A stretch of 64,000 nt of DNA, taken from the NCBI GenBank assembly GCA_964613485.1, contig CAZTHB010000001.1, forward strand, positions 21,064 to 85,063, given 5' to 3'. Within the stretch, counting starts at the first letter, position 1. The number at the start of each line of letters is the position of its first letter. The translations under genes and the position numbers were made by a program. Positions 47,094-57,601 of the stretch are shown here, piece after piece. The stretch comes from an uncultured Candidatus Saccharibacteria bacterium. GTDB taxonomy: Bacteria; Patescibacteriota; Saccharimonadia; CAILAD01; GCA-016700035. The notes under the pieces are model-generated. The model did no database searches and was not told the DNA's origin. It was given only the letters and a program-made list of their open reading frames with translations.

Positions 47094-47468
47094 ATGACAA
47101 ATGAGCAGCTCGCAATCAGGGCAAATTGCCCTGTGTGGGCCGTACAAGCCCTGAAGCAATATCACTTCACGCCAGACTCATGGACAGAAGAAGATGTTCG
47201 CACGATCCATATGCGGCCATCTCACCCATCAAAGCCGCACACCGTGGTCTTGGCCTTCCATCACGTCGGCGGACGCCTCTTCATGCGTAGCGTCATGCTG
47301 TCTTCAAGCGGCGTCATTCGCACCAGCTTGGTTCGTCCCCGTTCATCGTGCGGAGATCGTATTCCGCGCATCAGTTGTCGACCGGCTGTTGTGATGCAGC
47401 GAGATGCAGAAGCACTCGCAAAACTCGTCACGGGTAACACTCAAGAAGCTGTCCTCGTACTCGCCTAG
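47094..47468 (+). CDS. Small orphan hypothetical protein
   Basis: AAGGTGGA SD, ~150-nt upstream region. Confidence 0.6.
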   Translation: MTNEQLAIRANCPVWAVQALKQYHFTPDSWTEEDVRTIHMRPSHPSKPHTVVLAFHHVGGRLFMRSVMLSSSGVIRTSLVRPRSSCGDRIPRISCRPAVVMQRDAEALAKLVTGNTQEAVLVLA

Positions 47469-47530
47469 ACGCCTTTTCTTTATTCATCAATTCGTCCCGC
47501 GGAGCTATACGCTTCTCGGGATCTTTTACA

Positions 47531-47977
47531 TTAAGACTCTCGGATCTTCATATGGTATTGCTGGAGAAACTGCGGCAGGAGCCCAATTGCTTGATCGTAG
47601 TCGAGTTCGTGTCCACTTAGTGTCTCAAATCCGGTTATTTTACCCAGTTTTGTTCCACTAAGATCCATCTTTTTCACCCCAACCTTACACTGGGACAGAT
47701 CAACCTCCCGCCAATCGCAATCAATAAATTTTACTGATTTAAACTCTGAACCCGCAAAGTCTACGTCTTCAAAGATGCAGTTGCGAAACTCAACTTGCTT
47801 GAAGTGACTCAGACGCCAATTTACCACCGAAAACTTGCAATCTTCGAAGACACTCTCGATCACATAGCTATCATGAGCATCAATCGCGGCATAGCGACAA
47901 TCTAATACATGCTGCCTGTGCCAGCTCGTACGTGTGAGCTTTTGATCGAGAAATTGCTTATGCGCGAGCTTAAACAC
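47531..47977 (-). CDS. Pentapeptide-repeat protein
   Basis: Five-residue periodicity: FEDCK FSVVN WRLSH FKQVE FRNCI FEDVD FAGSE. Confidence 0.8.
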   Translation of the reverse strand: MFKLAHKQFLDQKLTRTSWHRQHVLDCRYAAIDAHDSYVIESVFEDCKFSVVNWRLSHFKQVEFRNCIFEDVDFAGSEFKSVKFIDCDWREVDLSQCKVGVKKMDLSGTKLGKITGFETLSGHELDYDQAIGLLPQFLQQYHMKIRES

Positions 47978-48757
47978 TTATTTCTTCGGCTTCTCGACGC
48001 GCATATTCTCGAGTGCAAAGAACTTATTGATGTCATCAGTAGTGGGGAGCATTTGATTCGGAAAGATGATTGTCGAATTCTTCTCAACGGCGATTTCTGA
48101 GAGCGTTTGGAGATTACGCAACTGAAGCGCTACTGGGTGTTGTGCAATCTGATCTGCAGCTTGACTCAATTTATCTACCGCAGCAAGTTCACCTTCTGCA
48201 GCGATTACCTTGGCTCGCTTCTCTCGCTCGGCTTCCGCTTCCTTTGCCATCGCTCGCTGCATGCTCTCCGGCAACTGAATGTCCTTGATCTCGACAATAG
48301 TCACCTGCACACCCCATTCTTCAGTCTGCTTATCGATCACAGCCTTGATCTGCTCATTGATCTTCACTGTCTGAGACAAAATATCATCCAATGCAAACTG
48401 CCCCGCAATATTACGAACGCTGGTCTGAGCGATCTGATTCACCGCACTCGCTACATCAGCGATCGCTACAAGAGCCTTCGTGGCATCCACCACCTTATAG
48501 TACGCCACCGCGGCCACATCGATCGACACATTATCTCGAGTGATAATCTTTTGACTCACGATTGGCATAGTAATTGTCTGCAAACGCACTTTTCGTAGCT
48601 GATCGATGAGCGGGATTATGATCCGCAAGCCCGGCTCCTTCTCACCTACCACACGCCCGAGACGAAAGACGACACCTCGCTCATATTGCTGCACAATCTT
48701 CAGCCCAGCAATAATAATGACTAGCGCGATAATACCTAAAATCATAATCAGATCCAT
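47978..48757 (-). CDS. SPFH/stomatin (slipin) family protein
   Basis: [37 protein letters not shown]. Confidence 0.93.
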   Translation of the reverse strand: MDLIMILGIIALVIIIAGLKIVQQYERGVVFRLGRVVGEKEPGLRIIIPLIDQLRKVRLQTITMPIVSQKIITRDNVSIDVAAVAYYKVVDATKALVAIADVASAVNQIAQTSVRNIAGQFALDDILSQTVKINEQIKAVIDKQTEEWGVQVTIVEIKDIQLPESMQRAMAKEAEAEREKRAKVIAAEGELAAVDKLSQAADQIAQHPVALQLRNLQTLSEIAVEKNSTIIFPNQMLPTTDDINKFFALENMRVEKPKK

Positions 48758-48834
48758 CAGATATACTCCCTTATATATGCCAACCATACACCACCGTTGA
48801 CCAACTTGTCACTATCTGGTATCATGGTCGGGTT

Positions 48835-49185
48835 ATGAAAGCCAATATCCATCCAGATTGGGTTGAGACCAAGGTTACTTGCCTCGGTTGCGACACTATA
48901 TTTATGAGCCACTCAACGGTTCCTGAGATTACAGTTGAAATATGCTCAAATTGTCACCCATTTTATACCGGTAAGCAGAAGCTTGTTGACACCGCAGGTC
49001 GTGTTGACCGATTTGAAGCACTCCGTAAGAAGTCAGCCGAAAAGCAAAAGACCGCCACTCCTAAAAAAGCTAAGTCCGAAAAGGCAGAAAAAGCTAAGGC
49101 AACTCTTGCTGATATCAAAAAAGAACTCAAGTCCGAGACAGTCAACACCAAGCCGGCGCATGACGCCTCACACGAAGAAGAATAG
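48835..49185 (+). CDS. rpmE: 50S ribosomal protein L31 (Zn-binding type, C-terminal extension)
   Basis: [23 protein letters not shown]. Confidence 0.96.
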   Translation: MKANIHPDWVETKVTCLGCDTIFMSHSTVPEITVEICSNCHPFYTGKQKLVDTAGRVDRFEALRKKSAEKQKTATPKKAKSEKAEKAKATLADIKKELKSETVNTKPAHDASHEEE

Positions 49186-49266
49186 CTCGCTACTCACACG
49201 TCTCACGACGCCCAGTATAAGGGCGTCGTTTGCGTATACCTGATACAATTGCCAGTAAGGAACCAT

Positions 49267-50331
49267 ATGATAGATCAAACCGTTATCGACAAAACTAAAG
49301 CCCGCCTCGAGGAACTCGCCACGCAACTCGCACAGCCTGAAGTATATGCTAGTGCTCAAGCAGGTGCGCTCGTCAACGAACAACGCGAACTGACCGACAA
49401 GCTAGCGTTATTTGAAGCTGTCCAAAAAACCGAACAAGAACTCGAGGAGGCCCGACAGCTCATTTCCGACCCTGAGATGGGTATGCTAGCAAAAGAAGAA
49501 ATCCCCGAGCTGGAAACTCACCTCGCTGAGCTACAAGACAAGGTACGTATCGCACTCGTACCGACCGACCCGCATGACGCTAAGACAGCCATCATCGAGA
49601 TTAGGGCCGGTGCCGGTGGCGACGAGAGCTCACTCTTTGCCGGAGAGCTCGCTCGCCTATACGCGCGGTTTGCAGAAACCCACGGCCTAAAGCTCACTAT
49701 GCTCTCAGATAGCCCAAATGAAGTCGGCGGCTTCAAAGAAGTCATCTTTGAAGCCAGCGGCCCAAATGCCTATGGGCAATTTAAGTACGAATCTGGTGTC
49801 CATCGTGTCCAGCGCGTGCCCGCCACCGAATCACAAGGCCGCATCCACACTTCCACCGTCACTGTTGCAGTACTTCCGGAAGCTGAAGAAACCGAAATTG
49901 AAATCGCCGACAACGAGATTCGCGTCGACGTTTATCGTTCGAGTGGGAATGGCGGCCAGAGTGTAAACACTACTGACTCAGCGGTGCGCCTCACACACCT
50001 CCCAACAGGCATTGTGGTCACCTGTCAGGACGAAAAAAGCCAGATCAAGAACCGTGCCAAGGCCCTAGCCGTCTTACGCTCACGCTTGCTGGCTCTCGAA
50101 GAAGAAAAACGCCGCCAAGAGCTTGGTGACGCTCGTTTGAGTCAAATTGGCACAGGAGATCGATCTGAGAAGATCCGTACCTACAACTTCCCGCAAGACC
50201 GCATCACCGACCACCGCATTGGGTTTACAACACACGGACTTACACGCTTCATGGATGGCGAAGTAGACGAACATCATACCGCTCTCAAAGAAGCCGATAT
50301 CGAGCGTGCTCTCGCCCAACAAGCCTCATGA
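49267..50331 (+). CDS. prfA: Peptide chain release factor 1
   Basis: PAT motif (RVPATE), [11 protein letters not shown]. Confidence 0.97.
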   Translation: MIDQTVIDKTKARLEELATQLAQPEVYASAQAGALVNEQRELTDKLALFEAVQKTEQELEEARQLISDPEMGMLAKEEIPELETHLAELQDKVRIALVPTDPHDAKTAIIEIRAGAGGDESSLFAGELARLYARFAETHGLKLTMLSDSPNEVGGFKEVIFEASGPNAYGQFKYESGVHRVQRVPATESQGRIHTSTVTVAVLPEAEETEIEIADNEIRVDVYRSSGNGGQSVNTTDSAVRLTHLPTGIVVTCQDEKSQIKNRAKALAVLRSRLLALEEEKRRQELGDARLSQIGTGDRSEKIRTYNFPQDRITDHRIGFTTHGLTRFMDGEVDEHHTALKEADIERALAQQAS

Positions 50332-51149
50332 CGGTCAAGACTGCCCTCGAACTTGCGATGGTCACACTTACTGATGCACAGATCATCGGTGCCCGTACCG
50401 ACGCCGAACTCATTCTCGCGCACGTACTTCAGCAAGACCGTGCCTGGCTCCTTGCACACGAAGATGATTCATTGACTCAAGCCCAGGAGAAATTGACTAC
50501 TTCGCTTGTTCAAAAACGATCATTGCGTCAACCGCTAAGCTATGTGCTAGGCACAAGAGAATTTGCTGGCCTAGACTTCAATATTGACTCACGCGCACTC
50601 ACACCTCGTGTCGAAACCGAAACAATTGTGGAACAGGTAACAAAAAATGCGCCCCAGCATTCAAGTGTGCTAGACGTCGGTACAGGTTCTGGAGCCATGG
50701 CAATATCACTCAAACACCTACGGCCAGACCTCATAGTTAGCGCAAGCGAGGTATCGCTTGAGGCTCTTGATCTAGCTCAGGAAAACGCCGCCAGACTATT
50801 GCCGCATCAAGACGCAGTGGACTTCATACATTCGGATTTACTAGAAGCCGTCCACGGTTCATTCGACATCATTGTAGCAAATCTCCCATACGTGACTCGA
50901 GCTATGGAATTATTACCAGAAGTTCAAGCCGAGCCCGACGTCGCGCTCTTCGGCGGCGCGGACGACGGGCTCGATCTCTATCGCAGATTTTTCAAACAAC
51001 TTCCCAAGCACCTCAAGCATAGCTCTGAGCTATGGATTGAGTCTGACCCATGGCAACAACCTGAGCTTATAGACCTAGCTAGCTCCGTCGGCTTACAAGC
51101 TAAGTTTCAGGACTACTTTATACTCGGCTTCAAACACATTACTGAGTAG
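50328..51149 (+). CDS. prmC: Release factor glutamine methyltransferase
   Basis: [18 protein letters not shown]; follows prfA. Confidence 0.95.
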   Translation: MTVKTALELAMVTLTDAQIIGARTDAELILAHVLQQDRAWLLAHEDDSLTQAQEKLTTSLVQKRSLRQPLSYVLGTREFAGLDFNIDSRALTPRVETETIVEQVTKNAPQHSSVLDVGTGSGAMAISLKHLRPDLIVSASEVSLEALDLAQENAARLLPHQDAVDFIHSDLLEAVHGSFDIIVANLPYVTRAMELLPEVQAEPDVALFGGADDGLDLYRRFFKQLPKHLKHSSELWIESDPWQQPELIDLASSVGLQAKFQDYFILGFKHITE

Positions 51150-52305
51150 CGGGGCTGGCCTCAAACGTTACTTTGACAGTCTGCTCCTTGCCATCTCGAT
51201 AATACTTCACATCCACCGTTTGCCCAACCTTATATTGCACAACTACTGTCGAGAGCGGTGATTTTGTATTCACATCTTTGTCGCCAATTCGAGTAATGAT
51301 ATCACCCTCTCGCAAGCCTGCCTTTTGGGCGGGGCTATTGGATATAACGGCCAGAGTTTGATCATCGCCGCGTAATAGTGCGCCTTCTTTGATTGGTAGA
51401 TTATTACGCTCGGCAAATGCCTGAGTAAGCATGACGTAGCGTACGCCGATATATGGGCGCTCTATTTTACCGGTAGTCTTCACTGTATCAAGCGTAGACT
51501 TCACTTCGTTTATCGGGATCGCAAAGCCAATATTCTGTGCATTCTGTCCCGCTATTGCAGTATTAATGCCGATTACTTGCCCATCAATATTCAGAAGTGG
51601 CCCGCCGGAGTTGCCAGGATTAATCGCAGCATCGGTCTGAAATAGATTTGCCAGTCGCTCCGTGCCGCCACTACCGTCAGATGCTTCTATCGGACGACTC
51701 TTGCCGCTAATCACCCCGGTCGTGACGGTATTTGCAAATTGCCCCAATGCGTTCCCGATCGCCACCACACGCTGCCCCACCTCTACTTTGTCACTATCAC
51801 CCAAATCAGCAGCCTGGAGGCCGGTCGCTTCAACTCGAAGATAGGCGACGTCATTCGAAGGATCTGTTGCGACCAACTTCCCGTCATACTGCTTACCATC
51901 AGTCAGGGTCACTTTGAATGAACTCGCACCCTCAACGACATGCTTATTCGTGAGTATGAGACCATCACTCGTGACAATCACGCCTGTACCTGCACCTTGC
52001 TGAGATTGGTTGAGGCCAAAGATACTCTGTACCTGACTACTTGTATTAATACTCACCACGCTAGCGCCAGCTTTCTTGACCAGATCAATCGTAGCTGAGT
52101 TTTCCTGCAAGGTGACTTGCTTATTCTGTGCTACAAGATTCGCGACCGGAGTATCCTTCGTTGCGTATCCATACAAACCGGCACCCAGCACCCCTGAGAT
52201 AAAAGAAATTAAAACCATCATAGTCAATGATAGTGTCTTGCGGACCGACTTTGCGGCAGTTCGCGATCGTTTTGGTGTAATGGGTGTTGTTGAATCTGTT
52301 TCCAC
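51139..52305 (-). CDS. htrA: HtrA/DegP-family serine protease with PDZ domain
   Basis: TNKHVV, QTDAAINPGNSGGPL. Confidence 0.95.
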   Translation of the reverse strand: METDSTTPITPKRSRTAAKSVRKTLSLTMMVLISFISGVLGAGLYGYATKDTPVANLVAQNKQVTLQENSATIDLVKKAGASVVSINTSSQVQSIFGLNQSQQGAGTGVIVTSDGLILTNKHVVEGASSFKVTLTDGKQYDGKLVATDPSNDVAYLRVEATGLQAADLGDSDKVEVGQRVVAIGNALGQFANTVTTGVISGKSRPIEASDGSGGTERLANLFQTDAAINPGNSGGPLLNIDGQVIGINTAIAGQNAQNIGFAIPINEVKSTLDTVKTTGKIERPYIGVRYVMLTQAFAERNNLPIKEGALLRGDDQTLAVISNSPAQKAGLREGDIITRIGDKDVNTKSPLSTVVVQYKVGQTVDVKYYRDGKEQTVKVTFEASPATQ

Positions 52306-52336
52306 GATTACCTCCGAGTGTAATAATAAGTGTTAA

Positions 52337-53149
52337 TTATATTGGCATCACTAATAGAACAATAAATGCAATGGCGCACATCATACCATACTCGAGCACA
52401 AGCGACTTGGAGAGCTTTCGTCGACTATGTAATTGCATCATAAAGCCCCAAGCATACGCAAGCACCAATACCATCAAGCTCGAGCGCGTGATGAGCACGC
52501 CCCAGTCCTTAACCGGACTATAGACCGTGATGGCAAAACTAGATAGCCATACTAACTCAAGCGAAACTAATGCCCAGATTGCCGGTACAAACGAGTTATG
52601 AAAGCCCATTCGCTCTAGCCAATAATGAGCCAAAATATACTGACCAACCCAAAGCATGGTCATCACAAGCCAAACGAGTTCAGGTGCAAGCACCAACCAA
52701 AGTCCTGCTATAGTATGCAAAAGAGTGACTGAGAACAAACTGTGAAGACTTTGGTGAGCGGTCTGATTTGGATCAAACTGCGCCAGAAGAAACCTCACCT
52801 GCCAAACCATCGCGACTACCAAGATCAGCGAACGAACACCAAGCCCTGTCTGATAGGCGCCCTCGAGTAACACCGTATACGCGATGGCCATACCGACGAT
52901 CATAAGTGGCTCGAGTGAGCGCATAATCACTACGAGTACTGTGCGATGAACCAAGAGACGTCGCACGGTCCATAGCGTAACGAGTGTCGTTAGCACAATC
53001 GCAAGCGGCCAAGCCTGCCGTAATAGCCCAATCGCTAACGAAATAGATAGAAGAAATATATGCGCAATCAATGTACGTTGCGCAAGAATGAGTCGTGGCT
53101 TGTGTTTTGCAGTTCGGTGCTTACCGACCCGCTGCATTCGTTTCCCCAT
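52337..53149 (-). CDS. Multi-pass membrane hypothetical protein
   Basis: About eight hydrophobic segments. Confidence 0.7.
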   Translation of the reverse strand: MGKRMQRVGKHRTAKHKPRLILAQRTLIAHIFLLSISLAIGLLRQAWPLAIVLTTLVTLWTVRRLLVHRTVLVVIMRSLEPLMIVGMAIAYTVLLEGAYQTGLGVRSLILVVAMVWQVRFLLAQFDPNQTAHQSLHSLFSVTLLHTIAGLWLVLAPELVWLVMTMLWVGQYILAHYWLERMGFHNSFVPAIWALVSLELVWLSSFAITVYSPVKDWGVLITRSSLMVLVLAYAWGFMMQLHSRRKLSKSLVLEYGMMCAIAFIVLLVMPI

Positions 53150-54503
53150 AGGACCCCCCGATTTCTATTATGATATCAGCATCAGACTGACCAGCGCTAT
53201 TCTTTTCTGCGATGACTTTCAGACGATTCTCTAAATACTTCAACGTGAATGGCTTCTTGCCATCTGACTTATCGATTAGTCTAGCTGCTAGATCGGCTTG
53301 TACAGGTACTGTCTCGACTCCCCCGACCTGGTAATTATAGCTTTCGAGTATCTGCTTAAGCGCCTCGCCCTGTCTTCTGCCCGAAGCGTCAATAATCTTA
53401 ATTCCCGCCCGTTCGGACAAAATATATCGATCGGCAAATAGCTTATGTACGAAACTCTGAATTTCTGCAAATTTGCCCGAACCAGCATTCGGAACCACTA
53501 CACTTGCGCCATTGATGTTTGTGGCGTAGACCAGCTGCGTAGTATCAGTATCGATCACCTTTGTTTGCATATCCACAGGTTCAACTTCTTGCAATATCCC
53601 TGCAAGGTTCTGTATTTCGCTTGTCTGCAAGTCTGTCTGTGCATGCTTGCCTACTACATCCATTAAACCAGCGAGCTTCAGAGGATTGGCGAGAGTAGAA
53701 GCAGTCAATGCCTTCTCCCGCAGTGCAACCAAGATCTGCCCCTGCCGGGCAGAGCGACCATAATCATTGCCGCAAGTCCCCTTACGACAACGCACATACT
53801 TGAGAGCAACATCACCATTCAGCAGTTGATTGCCGGCCCTTAGAGAAAAGCCACACGCTACCCGTTCATCTTTATCGCAAGGGTATTCATTGTCATAGAG
53901 ACTCTCGGCAACTTGCACTTGCACTCCGCCTAATGTATTGACGATCTTTTTAAAGCCAATGAAGTCCAGGCGGGCGTAATAATGAATTGGAACATCCAGT
54001 ACAGATCCAGCAACCCGCTTGGCCAAATCCGGCCCACCGTATGCGTGAGCGGCATTGATCTTATCGTACCCATATCCAGGTATAGGTACATAGAGATCAC
54101 GTGGGATACCGATGGTCGCGACCGACTTCGTCTTTGTATCGATACTTGCTACCATCATAGTATCTGAGAGCCCTGACCCGGCGTGATTGGCGTCCCCGAC
54201 GCCGAGTAGCAGTATATTTACGCGTGATTCGCCCTCACCCTTCAGCGTAGCAAGCTCTGGATCAGGCGCGTTATTTTGAAGTGCGGTCGTCGTTGGGCCA
54301 ACGTGCTCCACCACAACATGATGCAACGCTGCCCATGCCTTATATGCAAGAAAAGTTGCTATAAATAAGGTTGCCCCAAAGACAATCAAGCCGATCCGTT
54401 GAGCTATTCGTCGCCATGCATGACGTTTATGAAATGAGTGAGCCGACTGTCCAACTCGATCGTTCGGTGGGTTTGTATTTTGCGTTTGTACACGACCAAT
54501 CAT
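53121..54503 (-). CDS. LCP (LytR-CpsA-Psr) wall polymer ligase
   Basis: NILLLGV, SDTMMV, IPRDLYV, KINAA, DYGRSARQ; start ATG 54503, 6 nt after TATACT. Confidence 0.92.
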   Translation of the reverse strand: MIGRVQTQNTNPPNDRVGQSAHSFHKRHAWRRIAQRIGLIVFGATLFIATFLAYKAWAALHHVVVEHVGPTTTALQNNAPDPELATLKGEGESRVNILLLGVGDANHAGSGLSDTMMVASIDTKTKSVATIGIPRDLYVPIPGYGYDKINAAHAYGGPDLAKRVAGSVLDVPIHYYARLDFIGFKKIVNTLGGVQVQVAESLYDNEYPCDKDERVACGFSLRAGNQLLNGDVALKYVRCRKGTCGNDYGRSARQGQILVALREKALTASTLANPLKLAGLMDVVGKHAQTDLQTSEIQNLAGILQEVEPVDMQTKVIDTDTTQLVYATNINGASVVVPNAGSGKFAEIQSFVHKLFADRYILSERAGIKIIDASGRRQGEALKQILESYNYQVGGVETVPVQADLAARLIDKSDGKKPFTLKYLENRLKVIAEKNSAGQSDADIIIEIGGSYGETNAAGR

Positions 54504-54582
54504 ACGAGCAGTATAGCTGAAGATAGGCACAACCGCTATCTCGCACGCTATTTCAAAAACAGGTATACTAGACAAGATAACT

Positions 54583-55446
54583 ATGCAGCCAAACGACCCA
54601 TTACAGCAACCAACAACACCAGCCCAGCCACAGCCAGCTCCGCCCGCAGTGCCACAAGCTGGGCAAGCCATGCAGCAGCAACCGTTTCAGCAGCCCGTCA
54701 CTCCAACCGTACCACCGGCTCCCGTGTCAGTCCAACAACCTGCCTCAAACCTCTCCCCTGCGCCGCAAGCCGAGCCTACGCCAGACTCGCAGGATGACAC
54801 CGAACCAAGTGGGCCGCCAGCTTGGCGACGAGCACTCGGGTTCATTATTTCCTGGATTGTCATTCCTGCAGTTCTCGTATTATTCGTACATAACTTTGTC
54901 TTTCAAGCCTGGTATGTCGACGGCGAATCTATGGAGCCAACATTTAGCAATGGCGACTACTTGATTGTGTCAAAGTGGGAAACAAGCTTTAAGAAACTCA
55001 CCAATCAAGCGAATAATATTAGCTTGCAGCGTGGTGACGTAGTGATATTCAACCCACCCGGCTATACCGGAGATATATACTTTATCAAGCGTGTCATTGC
55101 CTTACCTGGCGAGCGGGTTGTCGTCAAAGACGGGTACATTAGAATATATAATGCCGAGCAGCCCAATGGATTCATTCTCAATGAAAGCTACACAGACAAT
55201 ATTCGCCTTGAAGGTGATGTCGATCGGACGATTACTGAAGGAAGTATTTTTGTAGTCGGCGACAATCGTAACCCAAATGCCAGCCACGACTCACGCGCTA
55301 TGGGGCCTATACCAATGGATCACATCATCGGGACTGCTAATTTGCGCCTCCTGCCCGTAAGTCAGTTTGGACAAGTAGAACACCCAAATTATGATTCAAA
55401 CTCAGCAAATACGAACCTACGATCAGTAACCAGTCCTACTCGATAG
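54583..55446 (+). CDS. lepB: Signal peptidase I with Pro/Gln-rich N-terminal extension
   Basis: GESMEPT, IKRVIALPGE, GDNR...SHDSR. Confidence 0.95.
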   Translation: MQPNDPLQQPTTPAQPQPAPPAVPQAGQAMQQQPFQQPVTPTVPPAPVSVQQPASNLSPAPQAEPTPDSQDDTEPSGPPAWRRALGFIISWIVIPAVLVLFVHNFVFQAWYVDGESMEPTFSNGDYLIVSKWETSFKKLTNQANNISLQRGDVVIFNPPGYTGDIYFIKRVIALPGERVVVKDGYIRIYNAEQPNGFILNESYTDNIRLEGDVDRTITEGSIFVVGDNRNPNASHDSRAMGPIPMDHIIGTANLRLLPVSQFGQVEHPNYDSNSANTNLRSVTSPTR

Positions 55447-55454
55447 AGCACAAT

Positions 55455-56351
55455 CTAGAGCAGGTCTGTTCCTGTAATCTGTTCGTAAATACGCTTTAGC
55501 TCTTCTTCTGAGTAAAATCGGAAGCTTACTTTGCCGCCCTTTGATTGCAAGCTAATATCAACCTTGGTGCCAAGATGCTTCGCTAAGCCATCTGTTACAG
55601 TCCGATATGACTGCTGCGTCTGCTCGACTCGCTTTGACACTAATTGCTTATCTTTCTTGAAATTTCTTGCCAGATCTTCGGCCTGCCGAACCGTCAGCTT
55701 CTTCTTGATTATCATCTCAAGCATTTCTTGCTGCTGAATAGGGTCATCGATCGAAAGAATCATGCGGGCATGCCCCTCGACGATCTTACCTTCCTGCAAT
55801 GCCTTCTTTGCTTCATACGGGAGCTTAAGGAGTCGTATAATATTGCGTACTGTTGGCTCAGCCTTACCGACACGCTTCGCGATCTGATCGACTGTGAGAT
55901 TAAACTGATCAACGAGTTTCTGATAAGCAACTGCCAGCTCAAGAATGGTCAGCTCAGCACGCTGAATGTTTTCAATCACTGCAATTTCTAACTGCTGCTG
56001 CTCGTCAAAACTACGGATGATCGATGGCACGGTTTTTTTACCGGCCAGCTGTGACGCTCGCCAGCGACGCTCGCCAGCGATCAACTGATAACGCTTACCG
56101 GCGCGAGTCAGAATAATCGGCTGCACGACACCGTGCTCTTTGATTGATGCCGCTAGTTCATCGAGATCTTCTTGTACAAAATCTCGTCTCGGCTGGAATG
56201 GGTTTGGATCAATCTCTTCCAGCTTGATCTCAACCACCCGCATATCATCGAGCTGCAAAGTCTCCGAGACTTCGTGTGACGCAAACTCATCGATTGCCGT
56301 TGGGATCAATGAGTCTAGACCTTTACCGAGACGACTAATTGGCTTTGACAC
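55455..56351 (-). CDS. parB: Chromosome partitioning protein ParB
   Basis: LGKGLDSLI, NPFQPR, IAGERRWRA, IENIQR. Confidence 0.96.
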   Translation of the reverse strand: MSKPISRLGKGLDSLIPTAIDEFASHEVSETLQLDDMRVVEIKLEEIDPNPFQPRRDFVQEDLDELAASIKEHGVVQPIILTRAGKRYQLIAGERRWRASQLAGKKTVPSIIRSFDEQQQLEIAVIENIQRAELTILELAVAYQKLVDQFNLTVDQIAKRVGKAEPTVRNIIRLLKLPYEAKKALQEGKIVEGHARMILSIDDPIQQQEMLEMIIKKKLTVRQAEDLARNFKKDKQLVSKRVEQTQQSYRTVTDGLAKHLGTKVDISLQSKGGKVSFRFYSEEELKRIYEQITGTDLL

Positions 56352-57096
56352 GCGCTAATACCTCCTTTGCGAGTGACTTATACGCCCTCGCCCCCTTACT
56401 AAATCGATCATAATCAATAATTGCCTTTCCGTGACTCGGCGCCTCTGCTAAGCGCACGTTACGTGGGATCACTGTAGAGCATACCATATCCGGGAAATGA
56501 TGCTCGACTTCTTTTGCTACTGCCGTAGAGAGCGAGGTACGGGCAGAGAACATCGTCAAGACCACGCCTAGCAGCTGCAGGCCAGGATTTAATGCTTGCT
56601 TCACTCGCTGCATGGTCGTAAGTAGTTGCCCAAGCCCCTCGAGTGCAAAATATTCGGCCTGAACCGGGATCAATAGGTATTGTGCCGCAGTCAAACCATT
56701 GACCGTCAATAGCCCCAACGATGGCGGGCAGTCAATCAAGATAATGTCATACTGCAGGCTCTCGAGGGCTTGTTTTAGCCTCATCTCTCGATGCTGCATA
56801 GGCGCGAGCTCAACTTCGGCGCTAGCCAGCACCGGACTTGCGGGCAGTACATTCAGATTTTTATAACGTGTTTTATGAATGAGACTATTTGGATCAACGC
56901 CCCCAACCAAGACATCATACAAGGAAGCTGGCAAGCTATGCTTATCTATGCCCAAGCCCGAGGTCGCATTAGCTTGCGGATCTAGATCGACCAGTAAAAC
57001 TGACTGCCCAAGCTTTGCCAAGTAAGCTGCAAGATTGACGGTAGTCGTTGTCTTCCCTACACCACCTTTTTGATTGACGACCGCAATGATTGTCAT
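56335..57096 (-). CDS. parA: ParA/Soj ATPase
   Basis: NQKGGVGKTT, DLDPQAN, DCPPSLG. Confidence 0.96.
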   Translation of the reverse strand: MTIIAVVNQKGGVGKTTTTVNLAAYLAKLGQSVLLVDLDPQANATSGLGIDKHSLPASLYDVLVGGVDPNSLIHKTRYKNLNVLPASPVLASAEVELAPMQHREMRLKQALESLQYDIILIDCPPSLGLLTVNGLTAAQYLLIPVQAEYFALEGLGQLLTTMQRVKQALNPGLQLLGVVLTMFSARTSLSTAVAKEVEHHFPDMVCSTVIPRNVRLAEAPSHGKAIIDYDRFSKGARAYKSLAKEVLARVKAN

Positions 57097-57242
57097 AACA
57101 CCCTCATTATCTGACCATTATACCAATAAATCAGATGGCTGCGGAGTGTGACTCAAGTAGAATTACACACCCTCTTTACATTCTATATCTGGTTTGCTAT
57201 GATTATTCATTGTCTAAATAAGTAAGAAAGAGATACGAATCT

Positions 57243-57548
57243 ATGTTAGCTGTAATTGAAACTGGATCGAAGCAGTACTTGGTGGAGCCAGGTCAAACGA
57301 TCCGCACAGAGCTCGTTTCGAGCGACAAAGAAATCGTCTTTGAGCCACTTATGGTCATCGATGGCGATGATGTAAAAATCGGCTCACCAATCGTAGCTGG
57401 CGCCAAAGTCGTAGCCAGCATCGAAGCTGCTGACGAGAAGGCCGATAAAGTACGGGTACTGAAGTTTAAGGCAAAGAAGCGCGAAAAAACCCTTCGTGGG
57501 CACCGCCAGCACTACAGCCTACTTAAAATCACAGCCATCACCGCCTAG
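57243..57548 (+). CDS. rplU: 50S ribosomal protein L21
   Basis: AVIETGSKQYLV, GHRQHY. Confidence 0.95.
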   Translation: MLAVIETGSKQYLVEPGQTIRTELVSSDKEIVFEPLMVIDGDDVKIGSPIVAGAKVVASIEAADEKADKVRVLKFKAKKREKTLRGHRQHYSLLKITAITA

Positions 57549-57572
57549 CAATTGCACTTGCACGTGCTACCA

Positions 57573-57601
57573 CAAAACAACCCCCGATCGGGGTTGTTTT
57601 G
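57573..57601. terminator. Bidirectional terminator
   Basis: CAAAACAACCCC-CGATC-GGGGTTGTTTTG. Confidence 0.85.

Noticed and set aside
53121-54671. Cys-rich N-terminal extension of the LCP ORF in the track
   Set aside because: It overlaps divergent lepB; ATG 54503 with an adjacent -10 box is the better start
55455-57242. parS site or replication origin near parAB
   Set aside because: No TGTTTCACGTGAAACA-like palindrome or DnaA-box cluster seen; GTGTG..CACAC near 57146-57170 is too weak
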